Shown: one piece after another, positions 20,227 to 28,130 of the stretch | How positions within the stretch are numbered: position 1 is the stretch's first letter | Layout: each line of letters begins with the position of its first letter | Source of the DNA: a bacterium | GTDB taxonomy: Bacteria > Patescibacteriota > Minisyncoccia > Phycocordibacterales > UBA2100 | Length of the DNA: 64,000 bases | Reading direction: 5' to 3' | Assembly (NCBI GenBank): GCA_030648265.1 | Contig: JAUSHX010000028.1 | Coordinates: 249 to 64,248, forward strand | The notes under the pieces: generated by a model | Databases searched by the model: none | The model's input: the letters and a program-made list of their open reading frames with translations, nothing else | Told to the model about the DNA's origin: nothing | Program-made: the position numbers and the translations under genes

Positions 20227-20979
20227 GTGGAGAACCGATGCGCGGTTCTCTTTACGGGGTATAATCTCCCCATGGACGGAGGAGCTTCATTCAGCACGGT
20301 ATTTTCAAATATATTCTGGTTTATCGGCGAGGTCGCGTTCAAACTCGTGCCGGCTACTGTCGCCACGATTACCGGGGCTGAAAGTTCAGGCACTGGTCCG
20401 ATTTCGGCGGGATTTACTCCCATCACACAACCAGTGACCGCTGGCAGCATAGTTTCTTTTTTGGAGCAGATATCTTCACCGGAGGAATTCAGCTCTTTTG
20501 TTCACCGGTGGGATGTATTCGTCGCGATTTCAATGACCATCTGCCTCATTCTGGCAACGGGCATCATCTACTGTGTCATCCGCATCAGGCAGGTTAGGCA
20601 TCTTGAGCGCATGAAATTCCAGGCCGCGGAACATTCTGTCACTGCAGAAGATGTGCCGCGCACGCAATTGCGCTGGAGCAAAGTTCTTGAGCAGGTGAAT
20701 TCCGATTCCGAACAACACTGGCGTCTCGCCATCCTTGAAGCGGATATCATGCTGAATGAATTACTGGATCTTAGAGGCTACAAGGGAGACACCATGGCTG
20801 ATAAAATGAAACAAGTTGAGCGGGCGGATTTCAACTCAATTGATGAGGCGTGGGAGGCGCATAAAGTTCGTAATCTAATTGCGCACGAAGGTGCATCCTA
20901 CCAAATCAACAATCGCGAAGCCCGCCGGATTATCAGTTTGTACGAAAAAGTATTCAGGGAGTGCAAAGTCATTGAATAA
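20227..20979 (+). CDS. hypothetical membrane protein
   Basis: TM segments; GTG start at 20227 or ATG at 20272. Confidence 0.4.
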   Translation: MENRCAVLFTGYNLPMDGGASFSTVFSNIFWFIGEVAFKLVPATVATITGAESSGTGPISAGFTPITQPVTAGSIVSFLEQISSPEEFSSFVHRWDVFVAISMTICLILATGIIYCVIRIRQVRHLERMKFQAAEHSVTAEDVPRTQLRWSKVLEQVNSDSEQHWRLAILEADIMLNELLDLRGYKGDTMADKMKQVERADFNSIDEAWEAHKVRNLIAHEGASYQINNREARRIISLYEKVFRECKVIE

Positions 20980-21104
20980 TCTGCCTTGAGATTTTATCGC
21001 GTCGTTTTTCCCGCGCATAGCCACGTGACAAAATGACGCCAACGCAAGCGCTACTTTGTTTTTACGTGGTTGCGAGAGTTGGAAATTTGCAGTATATTCA
21101 CGCG

Positions 21105-21179
21105 AGCGGGGTGGAGCAGTAGTAGCTCGCAAGGCTCATAACCTTGAGGTCGCAGGTGCAATTCCTGTCCCCGCAACCA
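21105..21179 (+). tRNA. tRNA-Met(CAU), initiator-like (A1·A72 mismatch), CCA encoded
   Basis: AGCGGGGTGGAGCAG…GGCTCATAACC…TTCCTGTCCCCGCAACCA; close to E. coli tRNA-fMet. Confidence 0.8.
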
Positions 21180-21187
21180 CGTAAAAC

Positions 21188-21213
21188 GAAAACCCCGCCA
21201 TTGGCGGGGTTTT
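21188..21213 (+). terminator. rho-independent terminator hairpin aaaaccccgccattggcggggtttt
   Basis: GC stem followed by a T-tract, immediately after the tRNA. Confidence 0.7.
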
Positions 21214-21327
21214 CGTCACGTGGCTTGCGCCAGCAGGACATGTGTGAGCGAAGCGATTTACGTGGTTGAGCCGCGTGGTGAACGGAGTGAGCTTTACGCG
21301 GCAACTTATTCACGTAAGAATGTGTAC

Positions 21328-21591
21328 ATGTACCATGTTTACCTTTTAGAAAACCAAGACGACAAAAGTTGGTATATCGGCTACAGCGCCAATCTCAAAC
21401 AACGAATCGAGCGGCATCAAAAGGGTGATGGCGCTCGCACAACAAGTAGAAAGGAAAACTGGGATTTGATTTACTATGAAGCCTACAAAAACGAACAAGA
21501 TGCAAAAGGACGCGAGCGCTTCCTTAAAAGCGGGTCTGGCAGAAAGTTCCTAAAAAAACAGCTCGCACACTATTTGGTTAGTGAATTGTGA
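21328..21591 (+). CDS. free-standing GIY-YIG nuclease family protein (UPF0213/YhbQ-like, 87 aa)
   Basis: MYHVYLL…WYIGYSANLKQRIERHQKG…NWDLIYYEAY…RERFLK; the same family as the domain embedded in the pseudopilin at 13492. Confidence 0.75.
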   Translation: MYHVYLLENQDDKSWYIGYSANLKQRIERHQKGDGARTTSRKENWDLIYYEAYKNEQDAKGRERFLKSGSGRKFLKKQLAHYLVSEL

Positions 21592-21799
21592 CGCCATTTC
21601 CTGCCCCTGCAACACGGTTGTGACGCCAGGGAACCACATTCCCACAGGCGTCGAAAGTGCAAGAAGTCGGTACGGTACCGACTCCCATGGTCGGCTATAA
21701 AAGCGCATGAAACCACGCGAGTGGTTTTTGCGCATGCAATGTTCTCAACGTATTTTTGGTGCAATTCCAATTCTCGTGCAAATCAGTGATGTGTGTTGA

Positions 21800-21880
21800 A
21801 ATCGTGAAAATAGGCGTATTTCCTAAGTAATTCACGATTATGCTTGACTAAATCGTGAAAATCAATATACTTTAGCGGAC
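21800..21880 (+). promoter_or_regulatory. sigma70-like promoter (TTGACT-16-TATACT) embedded in palindromic operator-like repeats aaatcgtgaaaat / aattcacgatt / aaatcgtgaaaat upstream of fic
   Basis: Direct reading; inverted half-sites AATCGTGAA/TTCACGATT overlap the -35 and the spacer. Confidence 0.55.
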
Positions 21881-21898
21881 ACAGAGAACAAATCGTAT

Positions 21899-22771
21899 AT
21901 GACAAAGACTCCTCAAACACTCAGCCAGATTAAATTGCTCCGCGAGCGCTACTATAAGGCGCTGCCGGGCAAAGAGTTGCTCATCAAGATTATCAATGAG
22001 TCGGAAATTCCCGAGCACGTTTATAATTCAAACGCTATAGAAAATAGCACGCTCACCCTAGAGGAGACCGAAAAAATTCTCCTCCAGATTGATCTTGGCC
22101 GATATGTAAACGAGCGGGAAATTTTTGAAGCGAGGAATCTCGCGCGCGTTGTTGAATATATAGAAACGAAAGCAAAAGAAGCCGAGCTCTCTTTGTCCGG
22201 CATATGCCTGCTTCATAAAATGCTTATTGCCAATATCCGCGACGATGTCGCCGGCAGGTTCCGTCAGACTGGCGAGTGGGTGCGCGTCGGCGCACACATG
22301 GGAGCAGACCCGAAAGACATTGAGCATCTTCTGACAAAAATGCTCACGACATACCACGCAAGCTCGCACGAGCATATTGTGAAGCGCATTGCCTGTCTTC
22401 ATCTCGCCATTGAACACATTCATCCATTTGTTGACGGCAACGGGCGAATCGGCCGCGTCATTAACAACTATGCACTCATTAGGGAGGGGTACGTGCCGAT
22501 TAATATCGCGTTCGTGAATCGCGCCCGCTATTATGATGCGTTCAAAGAGTCTGATGCGAGCGGCGCAACCTCGATTATGGAAGAGGTCGTTGGCCGTGCG
22601 CTTGCCACGAGCTACCACAAGCGCTTGGCATATCTTGAAGGCAAACACATCATCACTCTTGCCGAGTATGGCAAACAAAAAAAACTTTCTCACTCAAATC
22701 TCATTAACAAAGCTCACCGCCAGACCATCCCTGCCTTTCTTGAGAAAGGTGTATGGAAAATCGGAGTGTAG
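21899..22771 (+). CDS. fic: Fic family protein (AMPylase/filamentation induced by cAMP)
   Basis: Fic motif HPFVDGNGRIGR. Confidence 0.9.
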   Translation: MTKTPQTLSQIKLLRERYYKALPGKELLIKIINESEIPEHVYNSNAIENSTLTLEETEKILLQIDLGRYVNEREIFEARNLARVVEYIETKAKEAELSLSGICLLHKMLIANIRDDVAGRFRQTGEWVRVGAHMGADPKDIEHLLTKMLTTYHASSHEHIVKRIACLHLAIEHIHPFVDGNGRIGRVINNYALIREGYVPINIAFVNRARYYDAFKESDASGATSIMEEVVGRALATSYHKRLAYLEGKHIITLAEYGKQKKLSHSNLINKAHRQTIPAFLEKGVWKIGV

Positions 22772-23014
22772 TATTCGTGTAGTAAATACCCTCATAAACC
22801 CTTGCGTTCATCATATAAGCTTGTAGTTAGCTGTTAATCTACAAGCACAAGGAATGACGCAACCCCCGCTGTGAGCCCCGAGGCGAGCAGAGCGAGCTTT
22901 TCGGGGTGAGTCCAGACCTGTTCCGACGCCCCTAGTTGATAAGAAAATCCTTTAAAATAGAGCACGTAATATCGGCAGTATCAAAAAATTAAGATTTGTG
23001 GGATGATTTGATTG

Positions 23015-23677
23015 ATGAAGATTAAAGCACTTCCTGCGCACGAGAGGCCGCGAGAAAAACTCATGGAGAAAGGTGCGGAGAATCTGACCGATGTTGAGTT
23101 ACTCGCAATTCTTTTGCGCACTGGTCGCGCAGGAAAGAGCGCGCTTGATATTGCGGAAAGTATTCTCACAAAGTACTCAAAGAAAAGAATATTAGATATT
23201 ACGTTAGCCGACCTTAGAGCGATCAAAGGCATTGATGCGGGCAAGGCATGCACCTTGCTTGCGGCATTTGAGTTCACAAAACGTGCGACGGGCGCGCATA
23301 AAAATGGAAGGCCAATTATACAAAGCACTGAAGACGCACTGGCACAACTGCATGATGTTCGCTCGCATAAAAAAGAGCATTTCGTTGCGCTTTACTTAAA
23401 TGCTCGCAACGAGCTTGTGCATCGCGAAGATATTTCAGTTGGAACAGTAAACGCAAGCATCGTACATCCGCGCGATGTATTTGCCCCTGCGCTTGAGCAT
23501 AATGCTACGGTCGTCATAGTCGCTCACAATCACCCCTCCGGCAGTCCTGACCCATCGCCAGAAGATTACGATGTTACTGCTCGCCTTAAAGACGCGGGGA
23601 AGCTTATCGGGGTCCAGCTTCTCTACCACCTTATCCTCACCAAAGACGGTCATGCGACGATTCATCAGAACCCGTAA
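23015..23677 (+). CDS. radC: RadC-like JAB/MPN domain protein (UPF0758)
   Basis: HNHPSGSPDPSPED JAMM-like motif and N-terminal HhH. Confidence 0.85.
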   Translation: MKIKALPAHERPREKLMEKGAENLTDVELLAILLRTGRAGKSALDIAESILTKYSKKRILDITLADLRAIKGIDAGKACTLLAAFEFTKRATGAHKNGRPIIQSTEDALAQLHDVRSHKKEHFVALYLNARNELVHREDISVGTVNASIVHPRDVFAPALEHNATVVIVAHNHPSGSPDPSPEDYDVTARLKDAGKLIGVQLLYHLILTKDGHATIHQNP

Positions 23678-23880
23678 TGCTAACTTTGTTTAGTTTCACT
23701 CCTCGAATGTGAAAAAACTAGGCTAGTTTGTTTAATGAGAAGCCCGCAATTATCACCCACTCAATTACTTAAGAATTGGTTAAATATCACTTAAGTTTAA
23801 GTAATCTGCATATTTGGGCTAGGAATTTCCACATGCAGTATTGACAAGTATTTCACATATGATACACTATTGTCATAGTT

Positions 23881-24501
23881 ATGAAAAGCGCTAAGAATCT
23901 ACTCGAGCAGCTCAAATCCTTGCCTTATTTCACCAAGGAGTCTGTTTTGCAGCTTAGCAGACCGTACGGCCTTGCAAAAACAACGGTTGACACATACATC
24001 AGCCGCTCCATGAAGCGCAAAGACATCCTTTCGCTAAGGAGGGGGCTATATGTATCTGCCGACTTTTACAACAAGAACAAGAGTGACACCTCGTATCTTT
24101 TCTTCCTTGCAAATGTTATCCGCAAGCCTTCCTATGTAAGTTCGTGGGCGGCGTTGCAGTACTATGGTCTTGCGACGGAAGCAATCCACACCATTACGTC
24201 CGTTACTTCCAAGGTGACGCGTACATACGTTACAAAGGCAGGCAACTTTGTCTACTCGTCGATAAAGGACGAACTATTTTCTGATTCAGTCTTGATAAAA
24301 GGAAAGTTCGACTTCTTTATCGCCACTCCGGCAAAGGCTTTGTTTGACCTGTTGTATGCTAAGACTCGTCAGTTTCAGGGAGTTGCGTTCGAGCATATTC
24401 CAAGACTCGTCGAAGAGCTACGCATCGATATTGATGAAATGGACAAATCAGAAAGAGAGAAATTTTATATGATGGTAAAGAAATATACGCACCATGGATA
24501 A
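23881..24501 (+). CDS. AbiEi-like antitoxin/transcriptional regulator (type IV TA/abortive infection)
   Basis: N-terminal wHTH similar to the AbiEi N-terminal domain; overlaps the downstream nucleotidyltransferase; strong TTGACA-17-TACACT promoter at 23841–23869. Confidence 0.55.
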   Translation: MKSAKNLLEQLKSLPYFTKESVLQLSRPYGLAKTTVDTYISRSMKRKDILSLRRGLYVSADFYNKNKSDTSYLFFLANVIRKPSYVSSWAALQYYGLATEAIHTITSVTSKVTRTYVTKAGNFVYSSIKDELFSDSVLIKGKFDFFIATPAKALFDLLYAKTRQFQGVAFEHIPRLVEELRIDIDEMDKSEREKFYMMVKKYTHHG

Positions 24502-25780
24502 TCAGATTCTCAGCGTGCTTAAGCAGAGACTCCAGGAAGTTGTCGCGTTGGGCGTTGCCGATGCCGAAACACAGCGCAATGCACTGAAAGAGGAGCTTCA
24601 GTACTATGTACTCGATTTTATCTATCACCACCAGGAATACAAAAGATGGGTGATGTACGGCGGTTCCGCGTTGCGTATTTGTCACGGCTTGGACCGAATG
24701 TCTGTCGACCTTGACTTCGAGGTTGAACATCCCATTACTGATGCATTTCTCACAGACCTACAGAATGAAATCGGAGAGCATTTTTCAAGCGCTTACAATG
24801 TTGGTTCGGAATCGTTGACGGTAAAAACCAATCATGGCCGTGGACTAACGCTCCGCTTTATCATCGGCGACGAACTGGGGTTTGGCCACACATCCAATCA
24901 GGTACATGTGAAGATAGACCTCAATAATTTCATGGCCCCCAAGACGGTTATCGAGCGCCGGCCAATCAACCACAACCAGCTTTCATTCGTTATCGTGACC
25001 TACAATATGTCAGCGCTCATGGCGAGCAAGATTGCCGCCATATTCTTGTGCGGTCGGCGGGGTATCGGAGAAGCGGTGTATGAAGAGAAAGGCAGAGACA
25101 TCTACGATTTACTCTGGTACATGGGCAAGAAGACTGTGCCTGACCTTGATTATCTGAACGCAAAGAAAGTTGAAGAAGCTAAAGACATCCGCACGCTTTT
25201 CACTAAGCTCACGATACAGATGAACAAAGTGAACAATGAAAATCTGAAGCAGGATCTCACGCCGCTTTTCACCAACCAGGGATTCATCACTCACTGGCTT
25301 GAAAACTGGCGCGAGAGTTTTTTCCACTTCATGGATGCTTATAAGATTCGTACCGTAACAAAGCTTGAAGGTGTGCGGGTGTTTGAGGATTTCAACTCCG
25401 ACGTATTTTCATTTGTGTACGCATACTCCACGGCAGAGGGAGATTCGGTGCGGGTTGCGTACCTCATCAGTGACTACTGGATGGACTTCAAGGACGGCGA
25501 TATCCCGACGGTCATAGATAACTTTGTAGACGAGCATATCGAATTTGCCGCAAATGGCGTATCAAGTCGACCCGCATCACAGAAAAAGCTCAAACAGTAC
25601 GCAACTATGTTTTATGCTAAAACCGAAGCGTATTTCAAAAAGACCGGACGCATCATGATAGGCGATACTATCGCGACAAAGCTCATCCGCATGACTGCCG
25701 ATAAACTGAACCAGAAAGAGCAGATTGTGCTCAACAAATCCGCCTTGTTGTCATGCGAGCTTGACGACCTGCTAAGATAG
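24494..25780 (+). CDS. AbiEii/AbiGii-family nucleotidyltransferase toxin with a long C-terminal extension (428 aa)
   Basis: YGGSALRICHGLDRMSVDLDFEV (GS…DxD NTase motif); the C-terminal ~130 aa are beyond the usual ~300-aa family length. Confidence 0.6.
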   Translation: MDNQILSVLKQRLQEVVALGVADAETQRNALKEELQYYVLDFIYHHQEYKRWVMYGGSALRICHGLDRMSVDLDFEVEHPITDAFLTDLQNEIGEHFSSAYNVGSESLTVKTNHGRGLTLRFIIGDELGFGHTSNQVHVKIDLNNFMAPKTVIERRPINHNQLSFVIVTYNMSALMASKIAAIFLCGRRGIGEAVYEEKGRDIYDLLWYMGKKTVPDLDYLNAKKVEEAKDIRTLFTKLTIQMNKVNNENLKQDLTPLFTNQGFITHWLENWRESFFHFMDAYKIRTVTKLEGVRVFEDFNSDVFSFVYAYSTAEGDSVRVAYLISDYWMDFKDGDIPTVIDNFVDEHIEFAANGVSSRPASQKKLKQYATMFYAKTEAYFKKTGRIMIGDTIATKLIRMTADKLNQKEQIVLNKSALLSCELDDLLR

Positions 25781-25868
25781 AAGGTATGCGCTACACACTT
25801 TTTGAACAACTGAAGAAGGTCTTGGAAAAGGACGAGCGATTGGTGGCCGAGGGGGAATTAAATCGAGC

Positions 25869-26005
25869 GACATTCTCACATTCTTGAGAATGTGAGAATG
25901 TCGTGGGAGGGGGAGAATCTATTCTAGTATTTTGCAAAATACTAGAATAGATTGGGAAGGGCGACGGGGCGGGTCATTTCAATGTTTTGCAAAACATTAG
26001 AATGA
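25869..26005. repeat. three long perfect or near-perfect palindromes (34, 38, 32 bp), each followed by a G-rich tract
   Basis: gacattctcacattcttgagaatgtgagaatgtc; aatctattctagtattttgcaaaatactagaatagatt; tcatttcaatgttttgcaaaacattagaatga. A related palindrome at 61853 acts as a terminator. Confidence 0.85.
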
Positions 26006-26049
26006 CGGGGGATAGAAAATAACGGGGGGGAGGGATAGGGAAAAAGGAA

Positions 26050-26420
26050 CATTATTACGCTTAATAATCGTTTGACACCTGTTTCTGTGCCTGTTGCCCG
26101 ACTACGCTGGAGCTCCGCTGGACCGTCTACAGGTGCCTATCATGACCGATAGGCCTGCGATTTGTATCCACGCTACGCGCGGACAAATCGGGAGCCTGAC
26201 ACCTGGTGTTTGTTTACGTCGAAACGGTACCGTCTACAGGCGAATTAACAAATTCGTGGCTCGGCCATAAACTTTGCTGACCGATAGACTCCATTTCGAC
26301 GCGATCTTTACTGGCGACGTAGAGCGAGTGTGATGCGGAAGCGCAGCTTCCGCATCACCGAGCCGAGGAGTCAGAAACCGTCAGCCGGTTTTCGCTTAAT
26401 AATCGCCTACCACCTGCTTC
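26050..26420. other. ~370-nt ORF-free, GC-rich, highly self-complementary region bounded by direct repeats (cgcttaataatcg at 26057 and 26396); candidate structured ncRNA or att/ori-like region
   Basis: Multiple hairpins (gatgcggaagcgcagcttccgcatc; cctatcatgaccgatagg; cacctg…caggtg); no ORF >60 aa on either strand across 25809–26478. Confidence 0.35.
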
Positions 26421-26478
26421 TTTTGAGGAGTACAATGAGCCCTAACGTTTTTGAGTACTGAATTTATAAACGCAGAAT

Positions 26479-27072
26479 ATGAATCAAATTGTCTACATCT
26501 TAATAAATGAGTCTATGCCTGAATTTGTGAAGATAGGCTTTACTCATGGTGATGTAAACGAAAGAATCAGGCAGTTAGATCGGACAGGCGTACCTCTTCC
26601 GTTTGAAGTTTACTACGCTGCAACAGTGGAAGACGCAGAAAAAGAAGAAAAATGGTTGCATTCTATTTTTGCTGATCGTCGGGCACGGGATAGCCGAGAA
26701 TTTTTCAAGATGAATCCTGAATATGCGGCGCTTGCATTAAAACGAGTAGAAATTAGAGAAACTAAGATTTATAGCGTACTGACCCCAGAACAGGAAAAGG
26801 AAGTCGATCAAGTAAAAGAAAGACGCTCAAGATTTCATTTCGCACAGTACGGAATTCCAGTCGGATCTAAACTTACTTTTACGAGAGATTCGGATATTGT
26901 TGCCGAAGTAGTAGAAAACGACAAAATAAAGATTGGAGACAAGGTTGATTTTCTATCAAATGTGGCCCGTGATTTATTGGGATACAGGCGAAGACCTCAA
27001 GGCACTTTGTATTTTGAATTTGAGGGCGAGATCTTAGATGATAGACGCAGAAGAATGGAGGAAGAAGATTAG
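26479..27072 (+). CDS. T5orf172 (GIY-YIG-like) domain protein with DUF4357-like C-terminus
   Basis: IVYILINESMPEFVKIGFT…ERIRQL…EFFKMNPEYA matches the T5orf172 signature. Confidence 0.7.
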   Translation: MNQIVYILINESMPEFVKIGFTHGDVNERIRQLDRTGVPLPFEVYYAATVEDAEKEEKWLHSIFADRRARDSREFFKMNPEYAALALKRVEIRETKIYSVLTPEQEKEVDQVKERRSRFHFAQYGIPVGSKLTFTRDSDIVAEVVENDKIKIGDKVDFLSNVARDLLGYRRRPQGTLYFEFEGEILDDRRRRMEEED

Positions 27073-27173
27073 ACAGGAGGCGGCGGCGCGGCAGGTTTCC
27101 CGGAAATGAGGATTTGTGGGATGATGTTCTGGCGATGGTAAACAATGGACTGGATGTTGCAACAAGGATTCAG

Positions 27174-28013
27174 TTATCTGTAATAATTCAGTAGGACTTC
27201 GAGGGTCAGGTCTACGCCTCTTGTGCGGAGTTCTTTAATTACTTTTCCAGTGTAAAGCTTTTTAAGCATTTCACTTTTTGACGCATCTTCCGCATTGTGT
27301 ATTTTTCTGTGACAATTTGGACATAAAGGCACAATGTTTACTGGAACATCAATACTGTGCGGGAAGTCTTCCTGATTAGAGATGGGTATTATATGATGCA
27401 TTTCAACGTATTGCCCCTCGAGTGTGGGGCTAAAAAAGGTCTTGTGCGATGGATCATAAGTACAGAGGTTGCCAGATAAAATAAGTGCGAGTTTAGCTAT
27501 CCTTGGGTTGCCCCGATACCCAGTAGATGAATTTTTTGTCTGTTTTCTAGGCTTTGCGATTGGTCCCTCCGGCAATGGTTCAATCGGATCCGCGATGCGC
27601 ACTGCAGTCTGGAACATCTCATCAGTTGTGTCTATGACGGACTCCCCCCTTTCTATTGCGGAGATGATTCGCTGAGCCTCCTCAATGGTGACTGTGTCTG
27701 ACGCTGCAAGACCGGAGAGGTCTTTCAGCCTGTATTCGTGACCAGTGCCGTTAGGAGATTCGAATACACGATGTGCCAATCTGCCATCCCCCTGGTTAAG
27801 CTCACTCCGATATTGCGCTGTCCAGTTACTGCCGTGATGAAACTCGTGCCTCCAAAGTTCTGAAAAGGGGTTGGATCTGAAATTCTCGATAGGTAAGTAT
27901 TTCCCAGGTTTTGCGATGGACAATGCCGAAAGAATTATTGCAAATGAGAGGCGGGTGCTATCTTTATATTGGAAAACCTCGGCTAACTCACTGGCGGTCA
28001 TTTCAGAAATCAT
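27174..28013 (-). CDS. HNH endonuclease (candidate restriction endonuclease), divergent from the methyltransferase fusion
   Basis: C-terminal HNH motif EMHHIIPIS…NIVPLCPNCHRKIHN; the ORF track starts at TTG 28055, the first ATG is 28013. Confidence 0.65.
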   Translation of the reverse strand: MISEMTASELAEVFQYKDSTRLSFAIILSALSIAKPGKYLPIENFRSNPFSELWRHEFHHGSNWTAQYRSELNQGDGRLAHRVFESPNGTGHEYRLKDLSGLAASDTVTIEEAQRIISAIERGESVIDTTDEMFQTAVRIADPIEPLPEGPIAKPRKQTKNSSTGYRGNPRIAKLALILSGNLCTYDPSHKTFFSPTLEGQYVEMHHIIPISNQEDFPHSIDVPVNIVPLCPNCHRKIHNAEDASKSEMLKKLYTGKVIKELRTRGVDLTLEVLLNYYR

Positions 28014-28130
28014 AGCTGTATAGTTATACACATCCGAAAATAAGTAAAGCACCAATCTTAGTGCATAATATGCATGTTACTGCTCGTATTGGTTGATTAA
28101 TTTACCACCTACACTCAATTGGTCGAATTC

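Noticed and set aside
25869-26005. Possible CRISPR array
   Set aside because: The three palindromes are different sequences, not identical direct repeats, and there are no uniform spacers or cas genes.
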